Assembly: GCA_012295275.1 (NCBI GenBank)
Contig: CM022666.1
Coordinates: forward strand, 13,764,001 to 13,828,000
DNA: 64,000 bases
Origin: Chrysomallon squamiferum
Taxonomy: Eukaryota > Animalia > Mollusca
Reading direction: 5' to 3'
A program made the translations under genes and the position numbers. Shown here one piece after another: positions 1 to 13,423 of the stretch. Below the pieces are notes generated by a model, which searched no databases, had not been told where the DNA came from, and saw only the letters and a list, made by a program, of their open reading frames with translations. Positions within the stretch are counted from its first letter, which is position 1, and each line of letters starts with the position of its first letter.

Positions 1-45
<45 letters not shown>

Positions 46-237
46 GTTCTTGTTATTTTTTATTCTTAAGGATTTACATTTCTGTTTCTGATATCAGTGT
101 TTTCAGATAATATGTACATAGACTGACATGTATTGTTTTCTGTTTTTAGTTCTTCTTAGTAATTATTTTTATTTATTTATTTATTTAATTTATTTTGTTA
201 TATTTTATTTTATTTTATTTTATTATTCTATTCACAG

Positions 238-311
238 GTGGCTCACCATACTTGGCTGCAAAAATCAATGAAGCGAAAGATTACCTGGATAATTCTAAAC
301 CAGGAAGCTGA
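238..311 (+). CDS. DNAJC19: Terminal coding exon of mitochondrial import J-protein PAM18/TIM14 (DNAJC19/DNAJC15 family); upstream exons lie outside the window
   Basis: A T-rich tract ends in ttcacAG (236-237). The phase-1 exon reads (G)GSPYLAAKINEAKDYLDNSKPGS* with TGA at 309-311. GGSPYxAAKINEAKD is the conserved C-terminal J-domain segment following HPD in DNAJC19/15/Pam18. DNAJC19 and DNAJC15 cannot be separated from this exon. It is too short to appear in the ORF track. Confidence 0.93.
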
Positions 312-646
312 AACTGGATTTACCTGTGTTTTACAAACAAAACTGAGCATAGACTTCTAAAACAAAAACAAAAACAACAACTTTTTAAATCTCCATAAAT
401 CAAGGCACTAAAGTGAGAAACAGAAACTGTGATAGTGTGAATGTTCTGTGAAGTATTAAGCTGATTAACAGCAGTTTCAGGAGAACATGGCTTTTACAGG
501 ATCCTAGTACTTTGGATGTGAAAATAAGATCTTTTATCTATATTTTTATTTTAGATTTTTTATTTTTTTTATTTTTTTTGATGTAGAATGTCCAGAGTAT
601 ATTCTGAGGTGGATATTGAGTGAAATGGATGCTATAATGAGCAGTA

Positions 647-652
647 AATAAA
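647..652 (+). terminator. Candidate polyadenylation signal for the PAM18/TIM14 gene
   Basis: AATAAA about 340 nt after the stop, followed by T/GT-rich sequence. Other AATAAA hexamers occur near 841-860, so the site actually used is uncertain. Confidence 0.4.
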
Positions 653-1060
653 AATACATTTATTTATTAACTTGTTGTCATGAATTTTCTGAAGGTAAAA
701 AAAAAATTCTTTTTTTTCTTCTTTTTTTTTTTAAAATAGATTGGTTGGAAAAGTAGAAAGAACTGAACATTGTTATTTTTATTATTTTTATTTACTTCCT
801 AGTTTAAAAATACATGATCTGAAAAGTGCATCAGCAATGTAATAAATAAATAAATAAATAAAACAAAACAAATCAGATATTTAAAATGTAGTTAAACTTT
901 GTATTTATTATTATTATTATTATTATTTTCTTTTTTAATTGTTTACTATAAAGAGCAGAAATATTATTTGTTACCGAATTTTAAAAGTCCTTTCAAACAT
1001 TTTACCCTTGTAATAGATAAGTAGATAAAAGATAGGTAGATATGTAAGCAGAGAAATATA

Positions 1061-1926
1061 CATCGTTCGTACGCGTTTAGGAAAGTCTTGGAAAGTTTTG
1101 GAAATTCATCACAGTGTTTTCCAAAACCATAAAATTTTGGAAAATCAGGTTTTGTTAACTTGGCTATGGAAAAGTTAAGGAAGGTTACGTCCTTTTCGTA
1201 AATGAAGTCTATGAAAAACTAGTTTGTTTTCACCAACATTTAGCCCCGACCCAACGCCCCGTTTTAGCCAATATAACGAGCTGCTGTTACAAACTGTCCA
1301 CTTTGAGTTTTGCCGCGAGTTTGATGTATCTACCATTTGAATCACCATTGCACCTATTGACTCCATTTAAAATGTAGTTAACAAAGGAACTTCACAACGA
1401 CTGGATCGCGAAAACAGGTCAAGATGGAACTGAACCTGGAGGTCACAGAGTGAGTTACGTTGTGTTCAAAAATATCTAATATTGGAAATACGCGTGGGCC
1501 GCAGTTCTTAGTCACCTGAATGGGAAAAAGCATCTTGATTTGGCTGCCGAGAAACATTCACTCGACACATCAAACTGTTCACGTCTTCAATCCTGAAACA
1601 GCCAAACCAGGCTTCAGCAAATTCAGTGTCGACATCCTGTCCACTCCAGGAATAAAACTGCATTTTTAAACGCCAAAATAAATTACATTCATTTAAAAAA
1701 AAAAAAAAAAAATGTTTTGTATTACTAATGAATACTATATGTACACCACGTAGCTCTGTCAGGGCAAATTTAATAACTCTGACAAACATGTTTAAAAACT
1801 GCAAACAAAACTTTGTTGTGAATGGAGTTTGCTTGGAAAAGGATTTTGGAAATTTGGATTTGTGGGCTATGGAAAGTTTTGGAAAAGTTATGGTTAATTT
1901 TGACAGCCCAAGATGTACGAACCATG
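1061..1926 (+). mobile_element. Non-autonomous DNA transposon with 12-bp TIRs and a 6-bp TSD (hAT6-like or unclassified), internally deleted
   Basis: Left TIR CATCGTTCGTAC (1061-1072) and right TIR GTACGAACCATG (1915-1926) match 11/12. AATATA flanks both ends (1055-1060, 1927-1932). Subterminal TGGAAA repeats occur at both ends. A frameshifted zinc-finger-like remnant TLCSKISNIGN/AAVLSHLNGKKH lies at ~1457-1533. Confidence 0.8.
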
Positions 1927-2010
1927 AATATACCGACCGACGTTTAGTTATAGATTGAACCTATCATGATTAAAGATATAGGACCTGAGGAGTAAAACAA
2001 CAACAACAGC

Positions 2011-2057
<47 letters not shown>

Positions 2058-2575
2058 CATGATGATGAAAACCCAAACAACAGATCAGATATTAAGAAAA
2101 TAGTGAAATTTTGAAACGTTTATTTCAAGTTGGGATAGCAATCTTCAATATTATTTTGATGTTTCTATGGAAAACAACATATTACGTGAGTTTCCAGATA
2201 AATAAGAAAATTACTATGGAGAAAACAGCTTTCCGTGTATTCTGACAAAAAAGAAAAATGCGAACCAGAAAATGTTATTAATAATCCTTTTAAGCGAATG
2301 AAGGGATTAAAAATTATATTATTCAGTAAGATGAAGCAACAGGTTTTTACTCGATAAGCTTTTAGGATGATTAAAAAAAATAAAAATAAATAACATTAAC
2401 TTACCTGAACCAGAAAATACACACTTACTGAGGTAATACAGTTCAGTTCTAAATGCAGGTGTAAATTTTATAAGACATCGCATATGTTATCGTGAATTAA
2501 AATTTTACAGTCAATTCGCAAACTACTGATTATAGCATTCTTACTGTAACATACGTTTAATGTAGTTTTTGTCAT

Positions 2576-2614
<39 letters not shown>

Positions 2615-2898
2615 TTACTATTAATAGGAGTAGTAGCGGCCGTGGTAGTGATGGTGGTATGAGTCGCTGTAATAGTCGTTGAGCCAGCAGTAGTTGTAGT
2701 GGTAGCAATAGCAGTGGTATTACCAATGCTGTAGTAGTAGTAGTACAACTAATTATATCGTCACTGGTATAACTGTAGTTATAATAACAATACATAATAC
2801 AAAGCAATATTAAATAATTAAGATGAACAAGAAAAATATAAATGATAGAGAGAAAAAAATGAAAACAGATTGAAAGATAGACTGATACACATTACCTT

Positions 2899-2963
<65 letters not shown>

Positions 2964-3385
2964 AATTTGAAACTTCAGACGTGCAAAGAACTGCACCCAG
3001 TTTCGTTTACAGATTTCTGTTTGATCGCTGTCATAATAATAATTTGTTTTTCCTTTTTTAAACCCTGAAAAGTAAAACTGACCCAAGGCCAGCCTTGCTG
3101 CATGTTTGACATTGTATAACCTGTTTTTTAGACGCATCACGTGTAAAATTGTGCTTTACTTATTTTAGTTCCAAATGCTTAAGGACATATCCATATAATC
3201 TTCTATAAATATCATCAAATAAAAAGAAAACGATGCTGTAATGTAATTTTCTCGTCTAGCCATCTTGTCCTCTTCATCTTTGATGTTTTGTTCATTCAAG
3301 CAGAAGGTTTTGCGAAAAATAGTAAATGTGTGCAGTCAATTAAAAAAAAAAATATATAGGCACACACACACACAAACACATCATA

Positions 3386-3434
<49 letters not shown>

Positions 3435-4560
3435 CTATGCACATTACATTACTCTCAGTATTAGAGTCAATGGCTGTTTTTTTCGATCATAACAAGATAT
3501 GTTCAATATTCTTAATGATGAGTGACCTCGACATTAGTGATGTCATGCAGAATCAAACCTCCTTAGTGTGTTGATTAACGTTTTTCCTGTTCTAGCCATG
3601 ATCCCCATTTATGACGTATGAGAATTCATATAGTACATAAAAAAATGTCTATCACCGGCAATCTTCAAACTTAGCCTCAAGGCATCGGAAGACGACTCAC
3701 TGTTTATGCTGAATAAACTTTCTAATATGAAGTTTTCGTTAAACAAACAAAAATTCATTTCTTTTTATTACGATCTTTCTGTATTAAATACTGCACTTTT
3801 CCTCCAATGTCAAATAAAAAATAAAATAAAAAGAAATAATAATTATAAAAAGAAATAAAAAAAATATAAAAAAATAATAATAATCATTAAATATATTTTA
3901 AAAAAGAAGAAGAAAAAATGCAAAGAATTAATCATCCGTCTGGCAGAAATATTTTTGCCTAATCAATATTATGTAAAATATTTCTAACGAGCAGGAATGA
4001 TGAAACTAATACAAGTCAATGCATGCATGACTTTTGAAGATAAATGTTACTTTTAGATCAACTGTGATTTCTGAGGAAAGTGAATTAAAGGGATTTTAGA
4101 CTACATTTCACCTTTATGCACGTGTTACAGAAAAATGTGTGCATACGTGTGTTTGTCTAGTCTGTACTGTGTGTGTATGTCTGTGTGCATGCATATTTGG
4201 GGGATGCGTATGAGTGTGTATGTGTGTGTGTGTATGTGTCAGTGTCGGAGGTAATAATTTTTGTAGAGAAGTTGAGAGAGAGAGAGAGAGAGAGAAAGAG
4301 AAAAAGAAAAAAGAAGTAAAGAAAATAATTTGAGTAGAAACGTACGGACAGATGAATAGTTTGAATGGTGTATACTGGTCACATTCGAAAATATATCTAA
4401 TATTCAGTAATATTTAACACTGACACAATGATTATGAGAAAAGTTTAGTTAGTTATTAATTATGACGTGCTGCATTATTCATTTCAGTTTTATACTGATG
4501 TAAATATCTATAAAAATAGACTTACTACGTAATGAATGACTAAATTCATTTTGCGGCTGA

Positions 4561-4643
<83 letters not shown>

Positions 4644-6238
4644 GTGTGTGTGTGTACACGCGAATAAGCGTGAGCTTTTGCGCACGTGTTTATATATCTA
4701 CAATAGCAAATGTCTAATAAAGATTTCAGTAAAAGACATAATCTATAGGAGACGTGTAACATCTTATAACAGAGACAGTTTTTTATCCAAACTTCCCGTC
4801 ATAGTTCCTGCGCCATGAGGTGAAACTAATTTTTATACAAAAGAAATATCGACGACACCTGGGAAAGTTTTCCTGTTAAGTATACAAGACATACAGTACT
4901 ATTTCAACAGTTACTGTGTGCCTCTTATTATGTCATAATCAAAAACAAAAACTTAAGCAAGATTTTAGGTTTTCTTTCTTTACAATCAATTCCGTCTAGT
5001 CGAACATGCTTTTAACGTGTATTTCAAATAGGAAAAAGAAGAATAAAAAAAAAAAGAAAAACGAAAAAAGAAAAGAAAAGAAATAAATCGTATCAGATAT
5101 CTAACTTTGTTAATATTTAAAAAATAAAATTATTATTATTATTTATAAATAAAATTCCTTCCTTCCGAAGCAGCGAAAAAACGTTCACTGGTTTATTTAC
5201 GATAAATTATCTACATTCATTTACACGCTGGTTTGTTAAAAAATTTATTATGTTTTGTTTCTATCGTTCTATCTGTCGTTCTAATTAATGTTATTACTGT
5301 CTGTCTGTTTATTATATTATCTAAAAATAATAATAATAATAATATGTTATTATTATTATAATAACAAAAATAAAATAAATATTCCTTCATTAATTCATCC
5401 AGTCTTCAATAATTCATTTCATTAATGTAGTCATTCATTCATTAATTCACTCATACTTCATTAATTTAATCATTCATTCGTTTATTCTTTTGGTCTTTCC
5501 CTCCAAATTATTTTTTTTTAGTAAATAACATCCGATTCAGTTCATCTTATTATAAAATTATCTTATTATGAAATTATTAATTTCAAAAATAAAATTAATA
5601 CGAGAAGTTTTTAAAACGTTTATTTTCCTTTTTTCTTTAATTTTCCCTCTAATCTTTTCGTGATTTAATTCCTGTAGAAGTAAAATATTTTGTCTATTTT
5701 TCATCCACAGTTTAGGTTTCGAGAACAAAAACTGCGACGAAATAATCATTACATAAAAAAGGTTTACTAAACTGTGTTGTGATACCTTCAACATGTAACA
5801 GTGCCGCCATTATTGACGTTTATTTGAGTGCAATTGGCAGACGACTTTTATTTCAGTTTTTTATTTATTTATTTATTTTTTAAATATGTGAGTACTTTCA
5901 GTGTAGATAAACGCATTAATTAGGCTACGGCTTTCCCTGGAGACGTTAGTTTTGTGGCGAGTACTTGTTTATCTAATATTCGAACAATGACGTAGGCTAC
6001 ATCTCGATACGCTTTGGAAACCCGAAGGACTTAAGTAATTAAAGTTTAATTCACAGTGCACAGGTCGCTGGATACAGTCTTCTCAGGGATTAAGATTCTT
6101 TTATAAAATAATTTTGATCTGTGCTTTCGAGTGAAATGAGCAAATAAAAAATCTCTCTAGTGTTTGAAAAACTAGTGCATTGTTTATGCTGCTTGTTTGC
6201 TTTTATAGTGGACGACATGATGCAACTGAATACGTCGT

Positions 6239-6305
<67 letters not shown>

Positions 6306-6635
6306 TTTCCTTCAGTATACGTTTGGTTTTAATTAAATGAATTCGATATATTTTTCGATTCATATTTAAAACAATTCCATGCACTTTCTTTATTGATGAC
6401 AACATGAAGTATCAGTTTCCTGCCTAGGGTAGTTCTTACTTTTACTTATGTAACTGTCTGATGGTTTTGTATGTCATGGTAGAAATTATATTGTTAATTA
6501 TTATTAAAATATCTCAACCTGCAGAATAATAGTACATGTGACTGCACACCAGTTTCGTAACATAATAAGATTAGAATAATATTTATTTTAAACTGCTTAA
6601 ACATGGTATTATTACCATAAGATAAAACCCAGAGA

Positions 6636-6674
<39 letters not shown>

Positions 6675-7881
6675 GTTACATTTTTAATTATTTTTTTTTG
6701 TCCATTTCTTTCGAATTTTAATATATTATAATTAGAAAGAAATGGACAGATACATATTCGTTTGTTTCTTTATCATCATCATCGTCATCATAATCATCAT
6801 CATTTATCTATTTTTATGGAAGATATTGAAGATCGGTGGATACTAAATATAGTTAGATGTTTGATAACTTTATATTTCACATCTTGCTTCGGCTTGTCTT
6901 GCAATCCGTGAACGTCTACGTCAACATCTACTACTACAGCAGCTGTAGTAATAAGTGTTAAGGTGAAAATTAAAACAATCAGTTTCCAGTTTAGAGTTCC
7001 GAATAAAAATCAAAAGATGTGTTTTGCGAGAAAAGAATGACGTCACATCTAAAACTCAGCGTCATAATAGCTTTGACGTTTCATTTGTTACCATAACGAC
7101 CTTTGGACACTGACCTCTTTTTAAAGCCTAATATGAGAATGGGTAAATCATTATCGCTTTTGCCACCAAACTGAAGACTTTGGAAATTATTGTTCTATTT
7201 ACATTATTTTTGTTGTTGCCACTATTATTACTATTGTTGTTGTTGTTGTTGTAATAGAGCAATTTTGATGGTGGTGAAGGTGGTATGGTGGTAGTAGTAG
7301 TTGATGTTATTCTCTCTTTTTTTTTAATATTGTTGTTACCGTAGATCCTGTCATTATTATTATTATGCGAAGAATAGTTGAACAAACATTATTTGTTAAG
7401 TTTTAACAAGAAAATCCTGTCGTTTTGTTATTTGTATCCACTAGAAATTTACTTAGTTGTATTTACTAAACATACACGATATATTTTTCATATATTTCGT
7501 ATTATTTTATGTTGTTCTTCTTCTTATTATATTTTTTTCATTTATTTATTTATTTATTTATTTATTTCTGGTGTATTGATCGAGTCAGATATAAGCAGTG
7601 ACTATAATAGAAGCTGTGCTGTGACTAAAAAATTTTAAAACTAAAAAGAAAACAGAAAGAAAGAAAGAATAATAACAAACACAATTTATCTCGATTTAAT
7701 ACTTTGACTGGAATAACGATTACAAAAGTTAATATTTACACGCTACCTTATTTGAAAAATAATCCAAATCAGAATTCTTGTAACCAAGACATTCAGTTAC
7801 CTCGCAAGAATATCATAATTTCTTTATCACATTCTGTCTGTCTGTCAAACGATGACGTCACGTCATGACACTGAACGTCAT

Positions 7882-9388
7882 TTAACGTATTAGACTCGAG
7901 GCAATGGAATCTAGGTAACGTTTGTTGACGTCATATCCTCGTTCTTGGTCTGCGACTTGTTTGTGAGACTGCTGGCTGACTGTTTTCGACTGACCGGTGT
8001 CTTTCTTGAAAAGGTAGCTCGCTATGGAGTCCAGCTGACGTTTCTTTATCAGGTCGCCTGCAATCGAGTCCAGGTATCGCTTATGCTGAACCAGCTCCTC
8101 TTCCGATCTCTTCAACAAGTCTGAAGCTATCGACTCCAGAAATCGTTTGTGTTTAGATTCGGATCTCTTAATCAGATCGGAGGCGATGGATTCCAGAAAT
8201 CGCTTTTGCTCGCCCGCCTGTGGTTGAGAACGTTTGATGAGGTCGCTAGCGATTCCATCCAGGTATTTCTTCTGCTGTTGGTGCACCGACTCGGACCTTT
8301 TGATGAGATCGCTAGCGATGGATTCCAGAAATCGTTTTTGCTTATCGACGTCGGCTTCAGATCTCTTGAAAATGTCGGATGCGATGGATTCCAGCAGCCG
8401 CTTCTGAGGATTTCCTGCAGAACTCGATCGTTTGATCAGGTCGCTGGCGATTGATTCTAGAAATCTCTTCTCCCGCAGAGTTTTCGAGTGGCTTCTTCTG
8501 ATCAGGTCTCTAGCGACAGCTTCCAGAAACATCTTTTCTTCTTTGACCGTTCCCTCGGCCTTTTTCAGAATATCGCTCGCGATGGATTCCAAAAATTTCT
8601 TCTGAAGAGCTTTGGTTTCTTCAGATTTCTTGAAAATGTCTTCGGCTACAGACTCCAAAAGTTGCTTCTCTCTTGACGCATACTCTCCTGATCGCTTAAA
8701 CAAATCACTTGCGATCGATTCTAGGAATCGTTTCGAAGGACCCATCTGATTTTGGGATCGTTTGATTAGATCGCTAGCGATGGACTCCAAGAATCGCTTC
8801 GATTTTGTTGTTCCCAGGGACGAGGTTTTCATCTCATCTCCACTTCTTTTGATCAGATCGCTGGCGATGGATTCAAGGAATCGCTTGCTCTGCGTGTGTT
8901 CGTCTGCCCGTTTTATCAAATCTCCCGCGATGGAATCCAAATATCGCTTGTTTTGGCTGTGGTCGTCAGATCGTTTGATCAGATCCCCAGCAATAGAATC
9001 AAGAATTCGTTTATTTTCCTTAACGCTGGCCCCATTTCGCTTGATCAAGTCGCTGGCTATTGACTCCAGAAAACGTTTCTGTCGATGTTTGCTGGCGTCG
9101 TTGTCTTCGCTGTCGAGACTTCTTCTTTTACGAAAGAGGTCGCTAGCGATCGAATCCAGCTGCCTCTTTGCGGGCGCACCAGAAAACACCTGATACGGCA
9201 TCTCTTGGGCGTATTCGTTTCCTGTAAGCAGCTGCAGATTGGACTCCAGAACTCGCTGAAGAAGACGAGGATTCTCCAGGAGTTTTAGCATTAACGTTCT
9301 GGCTTGTTTGTTCTTGAAGTACTGGTCTGTGATGATGTCGTCGTCACCAAGATACTGCCGCGGCACTCTGTAGTTCAAGTTTGCATAA
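7882..9388 (-). CDS. Main coding exon of a multi-copy neuropeptide precursor: 19 [FYQIL]L[ED]SIASDL[IFL]-type decapeptides (LASGLV / pedal peptide-orcokinin-like by motif resemblance)
   Basis: The 529-aa ORF 7882..9471 begins with 28 codons of (TTTA)n intron read-through. The true acceptor is tttcAG at 9390-9389, phase 2, and the stop is TAA at 7884-7882. The protein repeats KR-decapeptide-KR with variable 5-15 aa spacers, the standard prohormone-convertase precursor layout. FLESIASDLI occurs 6 times and YLDSIAGDLI twice. Confidence 0.93.
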
Positions 9389-9394
9389 CTGAAA

Positions 9395-9445
<51 letters not shown>

Positions 9446-9747
9446 ATGTAAATGAATGAACGAATAAACAAGAACTAATGCTTAACAAAAGAAAACTTAA
9501 ACGCATGCTTCTCTTTTTGTCTGTCTCTCTTTCTTTCATTTTCTGTTTCTCTCACTGTTTCTGTCTCTTTGTGTGTGTGTGTCTGTGTGAAAGACAGAAT
9601 AAAGGAAGAAATGTTCTATTCAAAATCACACTGAGCAGATTATTATTCTACATATTGCGGACTATCTGGATGATGAGAAAAACAGATAAGGTGGGCGAGA
9701 GATAAAAAGACGATGTACATAGGAAAAAGTGCAAAAATGTGAGAGAA

Positions 9748-9888
<141 letters not shown>

Positions 9889-11189
9889 ACTAAATAATAA
9901 GCCTTAAAAGTGAATGGGTTCTATATCAGTTTTCAGTATATAACTTCTCGATTATCGAATGAACAGGAAGCAATAAAAGCAAAAAGAAAATATATTTAAA
10001 AACGAGTTAATAAATAACACAGTGAGACAGTTAAGGAAAGCAGGGATGAAGGCTGGGACAGGAAAAGCGATTTATTTAAGAAAACTGTATTGTACGACAT
10101 TAACACTGTTTCAGAACGTGCGGCAATTTGGAATTCTCATTAAAGCGGGAGTTCTGCTGTAGCGTTAATCTAATCAAGTAGTTGTTCTGTAATGGAGGGA
10201 GAAGGTACAAACAAGCCATGGTTTATAAAAAAACTGGACGGCAAATGTCAATTAAAGCTTTGTGCGAATCCGCTGGCAAGTTGAATAGCACTTAACTGGC
10301 AGACGTGACTAGGTGGTGGGATTGAAATGCAGTTATTTTTTTTTAACCCCTTATTTCTTCTGTCTTTTTTCTTCCCCGTTTACAGTTGTTATTGGTAGCT
10401 GGAGACTTGTTTTGTGAGGCAGAGTAAATGTTATTCGACACCACGTCTTTGTTAAACGATTGTTTTGTTAATAAAAACGTTAGCCAAAATAAGTAACAAG
10501 TAATTTGACGATATAAAAAAAAAAAAAAAAATAAAAAAGGCTGATGATTTTAATCGAAATAGTAAATGTTAAAAAAATAAAAAAGAAGAGAACTCCCATC
10601 AAAATAATAAATTGAGAATGCGATGCAATTTTGAAGTTAAATTTTTGAAAATCCGATTTTATATTTCATTTTTATTTCATTACTTTTTTTTTTTTTGGTT
10701 TCTTCTTTTTTTTGTTTTTTCTCTTGTTTTTTCCTATTTTTTTCTTTCTTTCTTTTTCATTTTTGTTAGTCAAATTTAAATAGTCTAGATATGTCGGGGG
10801 GGGGGAAACAACGAAAAAAAACCCGTATAATAATAATAATAAGTGGAGAAAAAAAATTTAAGAAAAAAAAAAAAAACAACTAAACAAAAAAAAAAAAACC
10901 TGACATTCATATATCTAAATAGATGAATTTAATTTTGGCTTTGGACACACATTAAAGATTAAATTGACCTAGTTGAAATTCTGTTTGAAGTATGAAATCA
11001 AATCAAAATGCTTGAATTATTTAGAAGTTTTAATGCAATGTTATTTTGATCATTTTCACTGCAATACCACTGAAATGGCATAGGAGAAAGTTTAAGAGCA
11101 TTTTCAGGTAATTGTTAATATTTAAGTTTTATCTATCGATTTGAAGGATCAATCACGTCTGTCGTGGACATTCACTCTAAGAATCTCTT

Positions 11190-11680
11190 AGACAGTATTA
11201 GTACGTAGAGTGTTAGAAAAATAGATTATTGGCTTCTCTAATTAGACATAAAATGTTAGAGTTAGAGATAGAGAGCGAAGCTTTCTTTTATTTCACTAGT
11301 CGTACAGTTAATATGTTAGAGGGTTAGTGATAAAAGCGTTTTTTTTGTTGTATTTTCTAATTAATGTTAGTGTTTTAGTTTGTCAGTAAGTTAGACTGGT
11401 TGAAAGAGGTTTAGACTGGTTGAAAGAGGTTTATTGTATTCTCTAATTAATTCTTAGTGTATTAGTATGTTAGACAGTAAAGCGTTTATAATATTCTCTA
11501 ATTAATGTTAGTATTTTAGTAACTGTTAGAAAGAAAAGAGTTTATAACATTCTCTGATTAGTATTTAGTACTTTAATGCTGGTAAATTAGACTGTTAGAG
11601 AGAAAAGAGTGTATTGTAATCTCGAATTAATATTAGTGTTTTAGTATGTTAGTGTGTTAGACTGTTTGATACAGTGACTG
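11190..11680 (+). repeat. Diverged TTAG-rich minisatellite (~55-65 bp units), member of a dispersed family
   Basis: Recurrent ctctaattaatgttagt...gttaga units and an exact 20-bp duplication ttagactggttgaaagaggt at 11391-11430. Confidence 0.65.
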
Positions 11681-13299
11681 TACACTTCTCACACATTCCC
11701 TGTTAGTTTGCACAGAGGCACGTACTGGTATTTGATCTGTGAACCTAGCAGTCTCAACACAGATAGTTTAGTTTCACTTTACCTGACACTAATTTTCGAG
11801 TGGATGCCCAGTTTGTACTCGCAACATGATTACTAAACCAACAGAAATGTTTTTCTTTTCTTAATGTGTCAGTCTGTGAAATCAGCGTAATGAGACCTAA
11901 TCCCTAATTTGATGTAAAACTTACACAGGTATTACAGTTTACATATTTTGTAAGCATCATTGCTTTCTTTACGTATTTACGATCAGAGAAAATCTCAGTA
12001 GATGATTTACTTTGATGTCAATGAAGTGCAGGCTGCTTGTAATTCGCTTTTCTGATCTAGAATTTCTGTAAGACAACAAAGTGAGACATTTCTGGAAAAG
12101 AAGAAGAAGAAGAAGAAGAAGAAGAAGAAGAAGAAGAAGAAGAAAGAAGAAGAAAGAAGTGGAAGAAAAAAGAAACAACAAAGAAAAAAAAAAAAAAAAA
12201 AAAAAAAAAAAGACGAAGAAAAGAACGATAATCATTTCTATCGTTTTCAATTCAACTTGTCAGTTTTGATTTTATTTTTTAGTTAATGGTTATTTTTGAT
12301 TTTTTATTATTATTTTTTTATTTTTTGTAATATTTCTGCTGTCAAAAATCTAGGATCTGTGTTATCTCCAGTTATTTTCAAATTAAGTTATCTTCCATCT
12401 AGGTTCATTGCAAGCTTCTGTAAGTGCACTGATAATTGAACTGTTCCTGGAAAATTTCATATAGCGAATGTTCTTCACTCACATTTTTCTAAATACGAGT
12501 ACCAGGCTGGTTTTTTTTTAAATGAGAACATTAACGAACGGCGCGTCCATTACAATTCACAAATTGATGAAATAAAAATAGTCCGCTTGGTTTATGCGCT
12601 AATCTAAATTCCCGGAAATTATACTTGAAATTTGGCTCAATAAATTATAATAAAAATGACGTAAAGAAGCGCAGTAACATCGCGTTGTAGAATAATTTGT
12701 ATTGTTTAAAAAAGGAGTTATCCAGATTTTAAATTTCTCAGTTAATCACGCACGTGATTCTGGTTTCGTTTCTCGTAATTACGTTGCTGTTGTATTATAT
12801 TCATTTAAGACGAAATCAGTTTGATAACGTGATCGGTGGAAATTACGTTCATAAGCACAACAGAAATCCTGACCGATGTTGCGCTCAAACCAGAGTTAAA
12901 ATTCTTGATTACATTTTAATTACTGTCCCGCTATGTAATATTCACTGAGGATGCACCGACTACAAAACTGTTCCATTTCCCCAATCGAATTACCGATTTA
13001 AACTTGGGACACGGGAGACTGATGGGCTGTCCGGTTTTGCAATATTCGTGTGTTACATTTTGGGACAGCAACGAAGAACAGTCGTTACTAAATTATTAGC
13101 GGAAGAAAGTGAAGAAAACTTGAAGAGTGGTAAGATTTTTGTGTTGAAGGTAGAAATTTAAGTTAGGATTTAAAACTGTTGTTTAAGTGTATTTTAGCAG
13201 ATGAAAATACGTGATGGGTTAAACTGGCAAGTAATCTTTCCTAATAATAAAGGATGACAATAAATTAAGCAGATGATTTTTGCTTCAGTGAATTTGAGA

Positions 13300-13398
<99 letters not shown>

Positions 13399-13423
13399 TA
13401 GAATGATTAAAATCTGAACGTAC

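Noticed and set aside
1175-1958. Three short ORFs as independent genes
   Set aside because: All lie within or overlap the DNA transposon. The only recognisable coding trace is a frameshifted plus-strand remnant.
8149-9288. Plus-strand ORFs with repeated RSLAMDS motifs
   Set aside because: They are antisense shadows of the repetitive precursor exon.
7882-9388. Reading the 66-nt conserved-unit/variable-spacer array as CRISPR-like, or as an apolipoprotein-like 22-mer or antimicrobial peptide repeat
   Set aside because: Conservation is at the amino-acid level with synonymous variation, the context is eukaryotic, and there are no cas genes. Regular dibasic sites and net-acidic peptides fit a neuropeptide precursor better.
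9389-9471. Hydrophobic N-terminus MFIRSFIYIYLFIYL of the 529-aa ORF as a signal peptide
   Set aside because: It is a translated (TTTA)n intron tract with a non-ATG start, and a proper acceptor lies at 9390-9389.
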